From the IMG/VR virus record IMGVR_UViG_3300042923_001406: a stretch of DNA of 64,000 bases. One strand, 5' to 3'. Positions 20,501-29,640 of this stretch are shown one piece after another; the first letter of the stretch is position 1, and every line of letters begins with the position of its first letter. Both the position numbers and the translations under genes were made by a program. The stretch is from an uncultured virus (IMG/VR IMGVR_UViG_3300042923_001406). Taxonomy: Duplodnaviria; Heunggongvirae; Uroviricota; Caudoviricetes. The notes beneath the pieces are model-generated. The model was not told where the DNA came from and made no database searches. It saw only the letters and a list, made by a program, of their open reading frames with translations.

Positions 20501-23405
20501 AGACAAAATAGATAATGCAGACAGTAAGGCTGAAGAATTACAAGACGTAATAGATGGAGTAAAAGATAATCCTACTACTGAAGATGTAACAAATATACAA
20601 GATAAGATAAATGAAATACAGAATATAATAGATACACTACCTAATGGTCCTGAAAAAGACAGATTACAAGAAATAGTAGATAATTTACAAGATCAATTAG
20701 AGATAATAAAAGATAAAATAGCTACAGAAGAATTAATAGAAAATATTGAAGGTAAGTTACAAGACATAGAGAACTTAAGACCTATAAATGAAAGTAATGT
20801 AGGAAATGTTCAAGATTTAATTGATGAAATACAAGATTTGATAGATACTTTACCTAATGGAACTGAGAAAGATAGATTACAAGATATATTAAATGATTTA
20901 CAAGATGAAGTAGACACTGTATTAGGTAATTTAGATGAACAGACTAAAATAAGTATAATAGAAGACAAACTACAGGAAATAGAAGATAAATTAACAAATG
21001 TAACAGAAAGTAATGCTTCTACTATACAAGATTTAATAAATGAAATACAAAATTTAATTAACAATTTAAAACCTGGAACAGAGAAAGATAGATTACAGAA
21101 TGAGTTAGACCAACTTCAAGATGAGTTAGATTCTAAAGTAAGAGATATAGAACTAGCTAAGGGTATAGAAATAGAACAAGGTATGCAGACACTTAGTATA
21201 GGTCAAAAAGTTCAATTAACTCAAACTAGTAAACTAGGAGTAACATGGACTTCATCAGATAATTCAATAGTTACAGTAAATAGTACAGGTAGAATAACAG
21301 CAGTAGCACCTGGAGAAGTGATAGTAAAAGTTACAATAACAGGAACTGAAATTTTTGATAGTATTAAAGTAAAAGTTACAGCTGAAACAATTAAAGTAAC
21401 AGGCTTAGACATTCAAGAGGCTACATTAGAATTAAAAGCAGGAGAAAGTAGTGTATTAAATTATACAGTATCACCTTTAAATGCTTCTGATAAAAGAGTA
21501 ACTTGGGTATCAAGCAATAACTCAATAGCTACAGTAGTTAATGGAACTATTACAGCAATATCAAAAGGTACAGCAGTAATAACAGGAACTACAGTAGATA
21601 GTGGATATGCAGATGGGGTTACAGTAAATGTATTAGAAGTACCTCAAGATACAACAACACCTGTGAAAATAACAGTAACACCTAGAACACTTGTACCAAG
21701 TAAAACAGTAACAGTAGACATAAGTGTTGAAGGTAAGATGTTAGAAGTAATATTCCCAAATGGATCAAGAGCATTCGGGAATCCATTAATGTATACATTG
21801 AGAGAAAATGGAGCATATACATTTGGAGTAATGGGTAAGGATAAAGAATCTACAGATTCTACAACAATAGAGATAGATAATATAGATAATGAAGCACCTA
21901 TAATAACATTCGTAACAAGTGGTTCAGCAATATCTACAGTAACAGTTAATGCAGTAGATGATAGTGGAATAGACAAAGCATACAGTCCAAGTGGGAACTT
22001 AATAAGTTTACCTTATGAGTTTGATGCAAGGTCTATGACAGGAACATTTGTAGTTATAGATAAAGCAGGTAATAGGTCATCTAAAGATTATCAATTATCA
22101 ACAGTATTAATTGGAACAACTACAGAACCTACATTTGTGGCATTAGATGGTATTCCTAAAGAGTGGACAAATAAACCAGCTACAATAACAGTAGGAGCTG
22201 AAAATCAAGTTGATGGTGTGGTAGACATATTACTAGAAGATAATACTATATCAAAATTAAGATCTAAATATTCATTTGTAAGTTTACCAGCATTAGCTAT
22301 GTTTGCTGATACAGATGATATTAAATTAAGTAGTAGTAAATTATTATTAAAAGATATAGAAATATCTTCTAATGGAAATATAGAATATACAATTATAACA
22401 TCAATGGGATCTTATACAGATATAGCTACAATAGATAAGATTGATATAATTAATCCTACATTAGAAATAGAAGTAAATAAAAATAAAATAACATATATAG
22501 CAGGAGATAATGCTTCTGGAGTTAAATCAATATTGTTACCAACAGGTGAAGCCATTTCTGGAGTTTCTGTAGGAAATACTAGTAATGTAGTAGGAGAATT
22601 TACAATGCTAGGAAATGGAGAATTTGATGTAATTGTAGAGGATTACGCAGGAAATGTATTTACTAAATCATTTAATATATCCAGTGAAAATCCAAATATC
22701 GAAAAACCTGAAGAACCAGTAGACAATGGTGGAAGTAACGGAGGTGGAAATTCTGGTGGTGGTAGTAGCACTCCTGAAGAACCACAAAAACCTAATGAAG
22801 CTGAAAAAGAAACAAATATTGCTATAAGAGATAATCTAACAATAAATAAAATTAATGGTTATATAAATGGTTATGATGATAATACATTTAGACCTAATGA
22901 ATTTATAACAAGAGCAGAGGTATCACAAATTATATCTAATATAGTTGATGGAAAAGGAAATGTAGATAGAGAAATATATGATATAGAGAATAAATGGTAT
23001 ACAGAATCTATAAAGAAAGTTGTGGAATTAGGTATAATGAAAGGATTTGAAGATAATTCATTTAGACCTGATAATTATATAACAAGACAAGATTTTGCTA
23101 TAACATTAACTAATTTATTAGATATAGATAATTCTTATGGTAAAACAAATAAAGAATTAAATGACATATCTTACAAATATGGTAAAACTAGTATTGAATT
23201 ATTAATATCTATGAATGTAATAAATGGTTATGAGGATAATACTTTTAAACCTGATAATTCGATAACTAGAGCAGAAGCTATTACAATGATAAATAAGTTA
23301 TTAGATGATTATATAGATAAAAATATAGATAAAAATCATAATCTAATAGATATTGATAATTCATGGGCTGTAGATGAAATAATAAGAGCTTATATTATTA
23401 AATAA
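17526..23405 (+). CDS. giant secreted S-layer-homology (SLH) surface protein with LRR, Ig-like and helical repeats
   Basis: Signal peptide after GGAGG; BspA-like LRR; three Big_3-like repeats (GFDTSTLGNKTVTVTY); LPNG.EKDRLQ helical repeats; two Big_2 domains (VTWTSSD..IVTV); three SLH repeats (GY.DNTFRP...ITRAE). Confidence 0.9.
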   Translation: MIKKTIKRLISLVIVLMMVLTMMPLGEFSKAYGATSELLNGDILVDTGSNITSVWYPTITMLDGSTLSVEPVDGALLSGADGKTYKMYGYKLVKRNSNNSVIFTKTIKEDILQSLPNTSTKPFYNLSLVDLGNDEYLVIGNASSNTFRFNIHDINGNIIRGDDDSLSSLNGCYTKSNNIIVKHNNKYIVYGTYGGSNPTKICILDSQMNLIDTKFFDGKDYSYFEVSDGTVFAYDDKVDVLYRVSDTDISVLEELNITYTEEPVNIFKIKDYILVWFYKSVIVYDSNYNELYRNTYTDNTTSAKMINSNIAKGFNSFSGAGIREITVDENSPQITGIDIEQIGVNYGVKLTVNTIDDLPYNLQYSYDDGLTWTNSNISKIYENGTVSVIVKDKADRISETYSINVNGILSDGYIEGDLSNISNNSVKGKLYNNGILEISGSGIMKTFSTSTKPFFSEVSSRINEVIISSDVVGIGAYLLSDTNVTELKLPSNVKTININSFKGMTKLQYIYNYCTTSQNFSGVLFNITDNPELLIAWGTETNVGFKTEATQCSILWKDIVLEPPIIQKKLVSIDMDNSKIFKTLYKTNESIDMNNMNLKLYYSDGTSQSIQVIGSMLTGFDTSTLGNKTVTVTYEGKTCTFTINIVDTVQSIQIKSGTNKTQYYVGDTLDLTGTQLIVTRESGGMEFVNVTSDMVTGFETDNIGDKIITITYGGKIASYIINVKENSITGIELVGNTYKTEYILGETLDINGLEIKVNYANGTNNTIPVDSAMISGFSTSTLGTKTITVTYLDKTTTYDINVSKSVNLLDAEIAVQNAESSKKQADYDIAKQKVDVLDLSQDKNDLQFRLQVLEVEIALDVAEVAITRFELTETQEDYNDAMNKLAFALTLLNNCPEESEIFALNDTITFGAKTMFASISTFSVTSPKDSITSRYDSLNARLKVKQAEVTQDPADIQAAKDAVDKLPTGAEKDEYTDRVETVEQVVIDKEIQDKIDNADSKAEELQDVIDGVKDNPTTEDVTNIQDKINEIQNIIDTLPNGPEKDRLQEIVDNLQDQLEIIKDKIATEELIENIEGKLQDIENLRPINESNVGNVQDLIDEIQDLIDTLPNGTEKDRLQDILNDLQDEVDTVLGNLDEQTKISIIEDKLQEIEDKLTNVTESNASTIQDLINEIQNLINNLKPGTEKDRLQNELDQLQDELDSKVRDIELAKGIEIEQGMQTLSIGQKVQLTQTSKLGVTWTSSDNSIVTVNSTGRITAVAPGEVIVKVTITGTEIFDSIKVKVTAETIKVTGLDIQEATLELKAGESSVLNYTVSPLNASDKRVTWVSSNNSIATVVNGTITAISKGTAVITGTTVDSGYADGVTVNVLEVPQDTTTPVKITVTPRTLVPSKTVTVDISVEGKMLEVIFPNGSRAFGNPLMYTLRENGAYTFGVMGKDKESTDSTTIEIDNIDNEAPIITFVTSGSAISTVTVNAVDDSGIDKAYSPSGNLISLPYEFDARSMTGTFVVIDKAGNRSSKDYQLSTVLIGTTTEPTFVALDGIPKEWTNKPATITVGAENQVDGVVDILLEDNTISKLRSKYSFVSLPALAMFADTDDIKLSSSKLLLKDIEISSNGNIEYTIITSMGSYTDIATIDKIDIINPTLEIEVNKNKITYIAGDNASGVKSILLPTGEAISGVSVGNTSNVVGEFTMLGNGEFDVIVEDYAGNVFTKSFNISSENPNIEKPEEPVDNGGSNGGGNSGGGSSTPEEPQKPNEAEKETNIAIRDNLTINKINGYINGYDDNTFRPNEFITRAEVSQIISNIVDGKGNVDREIYDIENKWYTESIKKVVELGIMKGFEDNSFRPDNYITRQDFAITLTNLLDIDNSYGKTNKELNDISYKYGKTSIELLISMNVINGYEDNTFKPDNSITRAEAITMINKLLDDYIDKNIDKNHNLIDIDNSWAVDEIIRAYIIK

Positions 23406-23445
23406 TATAATTGTATAAAAGTAATTAGTTAATTTATTAATATTT

Positions 23446-23480
23446 TGTTAATAGTGGTGATTTGATCACCACTATTAACA
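23446..23480 (+). repeat. hairpin copy A (perfect 16-bp stem, TTG loop)
   Basis: TGTTAATAGTGGTGAT-ttg-ATCACCACTATTAACA. Confidence 0.8.
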
Positions 23481-23526
23481 GATATTTATAAAAATTATAG
23501 AAATATTTTAACAAAGGAGAATTTAC

Positions 23527-24174
23527 ATGAAAGATTTGGAATGTTTATATGATGAAATAGAGCAAAACTTTATTAAAGAATTATATGATAATGAAGCAAA
23601 TGGTTATAAGATAGAAAAAGGTAATGGTAAAATAATGTTATCTTCACCACATAGTGTTAGTCAGATTAGAAATGGTAAAACAAAAATAGGGGAGTATAGA
23701 ACTGGATTAATAGTAAAAGAAATAAATAGAATTAATAATAATTCTGTAATATATAAAACTAAAAATTTAAATGATGATGCTAATTATGATAGTAAATGTA
23801 AATTCAAAAATAGATTATTAGAATATTTAAATAGTAATAAGGATATAAAAATGATAATCGATTTACATATATCTTCAGATAAAAAAGAATATGATATAGA
23901 TATTGGTACTGGTAATGGTAATAATATATGTCATAGACAAGATGTTTTAGAATTAATGGTAAATAAATTAAAAAGTATTTATACAAATACTTATGTAGAT
24001 AATACATTTCCGGCATCGTATAAACATACTGTATCTTCTACAGTTTCTAGAATATTAAATATACCATCATTTCAAATAGAAGTTAATTGGAAAAATATAA
24101 ATAATTACAATAAAACAGAATTATTTATATCAACTATTATAGAAATGGTGAATGATTTGGATAAGATAATATGA
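23527..24174 (+). CDS. N-formylglutamate amidohydrolase-like Zn hydrolase
   Basis: SSPHS, DDAN, IDLH, DIGTG and FQIE. Confidence 0.6.
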   Translation: MKDLECLYDEIEQNFIKELYDNEANGYKIEKGNGKIMLSSPHSVSQIRNGKTKIGEYRTGLIVKEINRINNNSVIYKTKNLNDDANYDSKCKFKNRLLEYLNSNKDIKMIIDLHISSDKKEYDIDIGTGNGNNICHRQDVLELMVNKLKSIYTNTYVDNTFPASYKHTVSSTVSRILNIPSFQIEVNWKNINNYNKTELFISTIIEMVNDLDKII

Positions 24175-25058
24175 ATGCTTGGATAATATATAATGGAGCA
24201 TTAAGAATTAATAGAATGGAATTAATAGCAAAAAGATTATCAGAAAAAGCTAAATTAAGAAATCTTAACTTGATATTAATAAAGAATAATGAAATAATAC
24301 CATACTATAATGAAAATAGTAAAGCAGATTTAAAGTCATGTAGAGAGTTATTATATCCTAAATTTATAATATTTTGGGATAAAGATATAATGCTTGCAAA
24401 ACATTTAGAAGTAATGGGTTTTAAAGTTTTTAATTCAAGTAAAAATATAGAAATATGTGATAATAAATCTCTAACTCACATAAATTTAGCTAATTGTAAT
24501 ATTAGAGTACCACGAACAATATTGGCACCATTTACATTTAGTAATCAAGATTTAAGTAATGAATATATAGATATGTTATTTAATGAATTAGGTAATAAAC
24601 TAATAGTAAAAGAATCACATGGCTCTTTTGGCATGCAAGTAAATTTAGTAAATAATAAAAAAGAGTTTTTAGAAGTATTAAAAAAAATTAATAATAAACT
24701 ATTTATAGTACAAGAATATATAGATACTTCATATGGTACAGATGTTAGAGTAAACTTGATAGGTAATAAAATAATAGGTTCTATTAAAAGAAATAGTTCA
24801 TGTGATTTTAGATCAAATATAACTTTAGGTGGAACAGGAAAAGTTTATAATTTAAATAAAGAACAAGAAGAATTAGCATTAAAGGTACAAAAAATATTAG
24901 GATTAGATTTTTGTGGATTAGATATACTATTTGGTAAAAATAATGAAGCAATACTGTGTGAGGTTAATTCAAACTTAAGCTTTTTAAGCTTTGAAGAGAT
25001 AACTGGTATAGATTTTTCAGGTATGTTAATAGATTATTTAATTGAGAGGTCAAAATGA
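24171..25058 (+). CDS. RimK-family ATP-grasp ligase
   Basis: ICDNK, KESHGSFG..V, QEYI, DVRV, DFRSN, GLD and EVNS. Confidence 0.9.
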   Translation: MNAWIIYNGALRINRMELIAKRLSEKAKLRNLNLILIKNNEIIPYYNENSKADLKSCRELLYPKFIIFWDKDIMLAKHLEVMGFKVFNSSKNIEICDNKSLTHINLANCNIRVPRTILAPFTFSNQDLSNEYIDMLFNELGNKLIVKESHGSFGMQVNLVNNKKEFLEVLKKINNKLFIVQEYIDTSYGTDVRVNLIGNKIIGSIKRNSSCDFRSNITLGGTGKVYNLNKEQEELALKVQKILGLDFCGLDILFGKNNEAILCEVNSNLSFLSFEEITGIDFSGMLIDYLIERSK

Positions 25059-25990
25059 AAGGATTATTAATATATGTAAAAGAAGATTATGAAAAGAATA
25101 AAAGTTATGTAAATTGGTTAATAGATGAGTTTAAAATCAAAGATGTTGAGTTAATATTAAAATTTGAAGATGAAATAATAAATGAAGGTATAAATATAAA
25201 TGAAAATATTAAATTTATAATTAATCGTTCAAGAAACTATAATATAACTTTAGAAGCGGAACTATGTAATATAAGAGTATTTAATAAATCAGATATATGT
25301 TTATTAGGTAATAATAAGTTACTTGCATACAGATATGCTGAAAGTAAAGGATATCTTTACCCAGATATAATATTAGATTGGAATAACAAAAATAAGAAAG
25401 ATATTATATCTAAGACTACGGATGGACATGGTGGTTGTGATGTTACTTTACTTGAACATTTAAATATAAATAGTAGTAAAAATAGATTTCAACAAAAATT
25501 AATTAAAGATATTATAGGTGACATTAGATTTTATATTATAGGAAATAAAATAATACATGCAGTTTTAAGAACTTCTAATAAATTAGTTTCTAATTTTAGT
25601 AAAGGTGGTAATATACAAGTATATAATTTTAATTCTAAGGAAAAACAATATGTAGAAAAATTTATTAATGACCTAGAAATAGATTTTGCAGGTGTAGATT
25701 TTTTCTTAACAAAAAATAAAGAATTAATTTTTAATGAAATAGAAGATGTTGTAGGTAGTAGAATGTTAAGTGTACTAAATTTAAATAATACAACTGAACT
25801 ATTTGTAAATCATATACTTGAAGAAATAAAAATAATAAATAAAATAAAAGATCTAGAAGAAGATTATAAATCATTAGGTAATAGTGAAATTAAATGTTAT
25901 GAAGATTTATTAGAAATAGATTCACAACAAGAGTTTATTTTAAATGAAATTGAAAAGTTAAAAAGTAATAAAATAACAAGTAAAAAATGA
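25055..25990 (+). CDS. second RimK-family ATP-grasp ligase with a C-terminal helical extension
   Basis: GNNK, K..DGHGG..V, DIRFY, SNFS.GG, GVDF and NEIED. Confidence 0.85.
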   Translation: MKGLLIYVKEDYEKNKSYVNWLIDEFKIKDVELILKFEDEIINEGININENIKFIINRSRNYNITLEAELCNIRVFNKSDICLLGNNKLLAYRYAESKGYLYPDIILDWNNKNKKDIISKTTDGHGGCDVTLLEHLNINSSKNRFQQKLIKDIIGDIRFYIIGNKIIHAVLRTSNKLVSNFSKGGNIQVYNFNSKEKQYVEKFINDLEIDFAGVDFFLTKNKELIFNEIEDVVGSRMLSVLNLNNTTELFVNHILEEIKIINKIKDLEEDYKSLGNSEIKCYEDLLEIDSQQEFILNEIEKLKSNKITSKK

Positions 25991-26008
25991 TATTTTATTA
26001 TTTGATTT

Positions 26009-26043
26009 TTTAAAAATAAATATTTTATAGACATATATACTTG
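26009..26043 (+). promoter_or_regulatory. conserved bipartite motif copy 3
   Basis: TTTAAAAA-N12-AGACATATATACTTG. Confidence 0.7.
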
Positions 26044-26085
26044 AAAAGAATAGGAATGAAGAAATTCTTATTATAATAAAAAATT

Positions 26086-26118
26086 CTTAATAGTGGTGAT
26101 TTGATTACCACTATTAGG
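26086..26118 (+). repeat. hairpin copy B (TTG loop)
   Basis: CTTAATAGTGGTGAT-ttg-ATTACCACTATTAGG; both mismatches are G-U compatible. Confidence 0.8.
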
Positions 26119-26173
26119 ATAAGTTTTAAATGAAATTAGTTACACTATATTAAAAATTAAATAATAAGGGAGA

Positions 26174-27229
26174 ATGAATATGAAAAAGATAATTATAATG
26201 GTATTAATACTAATAATGTTATTCACAATGACAGTATTTGGAGAAGATTTAAAAGAAGTTGATGTTTTATTAAATGCTGATATAAAAATAAAGAATGATA
26301 ATATTTTATTTACAGCAACAGATGTTAATAGTAATATAGTTTTACCTATAAGCTATAATGGTACTACTTATTTACCTATTCGTGCAATAAGTGAATTATT
26401 TAATAAAGAAGTTAATTGGAATAATGATACGCAAACTATTACAATAACTGATAATAATTATGTAATAGAAAAAGAGGTTAAAGAAAATAATAATTTAATA
26501 AATAGCTATGTGAAAGCATTTATTAATAATGGAATTAAAATAATTATTAACAATGAATTAATTATAATGAAAGATGCTAATGGTAATATAGTATTACCTA
26601 TCTCTTATAATGGCTCTACTTATGTACCTGTGAGAGCTATATCAGAATTATATACTAAAGAAGTTAATTGGGATGGAAATAATAATACAGTTTATTTAGG
26701 TATTAAACCAGATCTTTATGAAGGAAATGAAATTTCTTTTATAGATGCATATATTAATGAAGGTATATCATTTAATGAGTGTACTATAAATAATAATAAA
26801 CAAAATGAATTTGGTACTTTATATATAAAACAGGGTATTGGATATATTAATTCATTAGAATATGTTACTGGTGGTATAGACTATTATACACAATATATAG
26901 CTATTAATAATGAAGATTTAAATGGTAATACTATTAAATTAGAATTAAATGGTAAATTTTCTAGTATGTCATTTTATTTTAATTGTTCTGCAAATGATAT
27001 GATTGATATTTCAATGGATGTATATTATGACGGAGAATTTAAACAAACAATACTAGGAAAGAGATATTATTACATTGAAGGTGGATATCAAAAGAATAAT
27101 TATGCATTTCAGTTAAATACTTTGGATATATCAGGTGTAAATGAAATAGAATTTAAGCCTAATTGGTCTGGTAATAATGGTGGTAATAATTATGCAGATT
27201 ATACATTAAATAATATAAAATTTAAGTAA
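26174..27229 (+). CDS. secreted protein with two stalk (copper amine oxidase N-terminal-like) domains
   Basis: Signal peptide; two copies of PISYNG.TY.P.RAISEL..KEVNW. Confidence 0.85.
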   Translation: MNMKKIIIMVLILIMLFTMTVFGEDLKEVDVLLNADIKIKNDNILFTATDVNSNIVLPISYNGTTYLPIRAISELFNKEVNWNNDTQTITITDNNYVIEKEVKENNNLINSYVKAFINNGIKIIINNELIIMKDANGNIVLPISYNGSTYVPVRAISELYTKEVNWDGNNNTVYLGIKPDLYEGNEISFIDAYINEGISFNECTINNNKQNEFGTLYIKQGIGYINSLEYVTGGIDYYTQYIAINNEDLNGNTIKLELNGKFSSMSFYFNCSANDMIDISMDVYYDGEFKQTILGKRYYYIEGGYQKNNYAFQLNTLDISGVNEIEFKPNWSGNNGGNNYADYTLNNIKFK

Positions 27230-27245
27230 TAGGAGGGGTATTAAA

Positions 27246-27455
27246 ATGGATATTATGGGAAATATGTTAAGAGATTTAGGAAATAGTATATACAATTCAC
27301 AGGAAATTAAGACATTAATAGTATCTGTATTTTCACTTATAGTTTTATTTTTATGTTACTTATTTTTTAGGTATGCACATAGTTATAAAGTTAAAGTAAT
27401 AGGAAGTATAATTTCTATGTTAGTATTTTTAATACTATATGGTATTATGTATTAA
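27246..27455 (+). CDS. small membrane protein
   Basis: AGGAGG RBS; two TM helices. Confidence 0.65.
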   Translation: MDIMGNMLRDLGNSIYNSQEIKTLIVSVFSLIVLFLCYLFFRYAHSYKVKVIGSIISMLVFLILYGIMY

Positions 27456-27526
27456 TATTAAATTATATTTAACTACTAAAAATAATATATTTATAATATA
27501 AAAAATATAATATAGGAGGTAATAAT

Positions 27527-27784
27527 ATGTTCTTAAAAACAAAATCCTTATTTATTAGATTTGATTCAATACAAGGATTTAAAAAAGTATATAGAAATAA
27601 TGTTGAACACATATGTATAGTAATTAATGGCATAGAACAATCTATAATACAATTCAATAGCACTTCTAAATGTGATAAATGTTTAGAATTTCTATGTGAA
27701 AAATTAGTCGAAAGTACACAACATGGTACAAATTATGGAATAGTAGATTTAGATGAGTTTTACAAAGGTTTAATAGGTAATTAA
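27527..27784 (+). CDS. hypothetical protein
   Basis: AGGAGG RBS. Confidence 0.7.
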   Translation: MFLKTKSLFIRFDSIQGFKKVYRNNVEHICIVINGIEQSIIQFNSTSKCDKCLEFLCEKLVESTQHGTNYGIVDLDEFYKGLIGN

Positions 27785-27785
27785 T

Positions 27786-28016
27786 ATGATTAAATTAAGT
27801 AATTTACAAAGATATAATGCTGTATGTTTGGCAGAGGATTATCAAGGTAACCCTCTACCTTCTATAGAAGAGATTGTTTTAGATTGTTGTAATACTTCAA
27901 TTAATTTAGATAAGATATTTAAATATGTTGGTAATAAAATTAATTTAGAAGTAGATGATTCAATTAAATGTACTATAATTAAAATATTAGATAAACATAA
28001 TAAAAAATATTTATAA
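27786..28016 (+). CDS. hypothetical protein
   Basis: Operonic ORF. Confidence 0.6.
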   Translation: MIKLSNLQRYNAVCLAEDYQGNPLPSIEEIVLDCCNTSINLDKIFKYVGNKINLEVDDSIKCTIIKILDKHNKKYL

Positions 28017-28031
28017 AAGAAAGGATAATGT

Positions 28032-28277
28032 ATGAGAAAATGTGATATAGATATTTTTGGAGAAGATTCTTTAGCAATAGTTGAACATGATGTAGATAAC
28101 AAGTATAGAGTAGTAAGATTATGTGATAATGAAGTATTAGTTGTAGGATATTTTGAAAAATATAATGGATGTATTGTAAGAACAATGTATACTGGGGAGA
28201 AATATGCAACAGGAGATTATGTTTTAGAAGTAGATAATGGTGAATCTACTGAAATAATACATGCTTTTATAGATTAA
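28032..28277 (+). CDS. hypothetical protein
   Basis: AAGGA RBS. Confidence 0.65.
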   Translation: MRKCDIDIFGEDSLAIVEHDVDNKYRVVRLCDNEVLVVGYFEKYNGCIVRTMYTGEKYATGDYVLEVDNGESTEIIHAFID

Positions 28278-28327
28278 ATTTATTATGAGTTATTTTTACT
28301 AACTAAAATTATTTAGGGGGAATTATT

Positions 28328-28558
28328 TTGGAATTAGGAGATAAACTAATAGAAAGTATTCCAATAATAGTTAATGGTTTTGAGGTTGGTAGTGAGACAT
28401 CATATTATACTAAAGGTGGATTATACAAAATAGTAGAAAAATATAATAAACATATGAAATTAAAAACAAAAACAAAAATATATGATGAAGAATCGTATAT
28501 AAAATTAAAAAATGGGAGACGTTATAAAAATGAGCGTAACAAAGTTAGAGAGTTATAA
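28328..28558 (+). CDS. hypothetical protein
   Basis: AGGGGG RBS with TTG start. Confidence 0.55.
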   Translation: MELGDKLIESIPIIVNGFEVGSETSYYTKGGLYKIVEKYNKHMKLKTKTKIYDEESYIKLKNGRRYKNERNKVREL

Positions 28559-28751
28559 TGGATTTTTAAATTATTCTGGAGTAAAAGGAATATATAGAAT
28601 ACCATTAGATGAAGTAAGTACAAATAATGTTAATTTAACTTTATTAGGAAAAGAAAAGGAAAATCATAATTTTAATAATATAGAAGATGCTTTAAGATTT
28701 ATAGATAATAGTGAAGTTAATCTTAAAATACCACAAGTAGAATATATATAA
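28530..28751 (+). CDS. hypothetical protein
   Basis: Start moved to the ATG after GGGAG. Confidence 0.6.
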   Translation: MSVTKLESYNGFLNYSGVKGIYRIPLDEVSTNNVNLTLLGKEKENHNFNNIEDALRFIDNSEVNLKIPQVEYI

Positions 28752-28763
28752 GGGAGAGCAAAT

Positions 28764-29072
28764 TTGAATAGAAAATATAAATGTTCATTTAAAGACAAGT
28801 TTATATGTTCTAAAATAATATATATTAAATGTATTAAAGAAGAATATTTAAATATAAAGAATTTATATGAGTATTATATAAATTATGATAAATATTTTGA
28901 AGAGAATAACGTATGTTATTTTTGTAAAGATAAAAGAGTAATAAATTCTATAAAAATAATACATAAATTAAAATTATATATAAGCAATAGACAATTAAAA
29001 TATTTACGTTATTGGAAAATTAATAATGAAATAGATAAAATAGAAAATGTTATACTTGAATCTTTAATATAG
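28764..29072 (+). CDS. hypothetical Cys-containing protein
   Basis: AAGGGAG RBS with TTG start. Confidence 0.55.
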   Translation: MNRKYKCSFKDKFICSKIIYIKCIKEEYLNIKNLYEYYINYDKYFEENNVCYFCKDKRVINSIKIIHKLKLYISNRQLKYLRYWKINNEIDKIENVILESLI

Positions 29073-29081
29073 GAGTTTGTT

Positions 29082-29621
29082 ATGGATATGTTAACAATAA
29101 AAGAAATAAATGATAGAATATCTAATATTGATATAAATGAAAATAATAACATAACAAAGGTTATATCTTTAGTAGATATATTATACAATCATAAGGATTA
29201 TGATGTAAATGAAGAAGTAATTAATTTTAATTTTATTAAATTTATTGAAAGTAGAGATTCTTTTATAAAGGAAGTTAATAATAAATTCCCTTTATCAATT
29301 ACTGAAGAATTTAACTTAATAAGAAGATTTGATTTATATCAATTAATATTTTCTTTTATATATAAATTTAGTGATAAAGAATTATTATCAATTGATAATA
29401 ATTCTTATATAGATGAGAAAATAAATTTGGATAATATAGGTTATTATATTAATAAAGAAATGAAAGAATATATTTTTATAAGTAGATTTTATAATAAGAA
29501 TAAATTATCTATTTTGATAAGTTATGATAATTGTGATTATGATAAACAAATTAAGAATATATTAAATTTTGATAAAGAATTAAATTTAATAGATATAGAA
29601 TATAAAATACAAGATACATAA
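29082..29621 (+). CDS. hypothetical protein
   Basis: AGGAG RBS. Confidence 0.65.
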   Translation: MDMLTIKEINDRISNIDINENNNITKVISLVDILYNHKDYDVNEEVINFNFIKFIESRDSFIKEVNNKFPLSITEEFNLIRRFDLYQLIFSFIYKFSDKELLSIDNNSYIDEKINLDNIGYYINKEMKEYIFISRFYNKNKLSILISYDNCDYDKQIKNILNFDKELNLIDIEYKIQDT

Positions 29622-29640
29622 AATAATCAGAGGTGATGTA

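Noticed and set aside
20400..21130. Recurring ...CCTAATGG..GAAAAAGA.AGATTACAAG repeats resembling an array
   Set aside because: They are degenerate in-frame protein repeats (LPNG.EKDRLQ) of the SLH protein, not CRISPR repeats with spacers.
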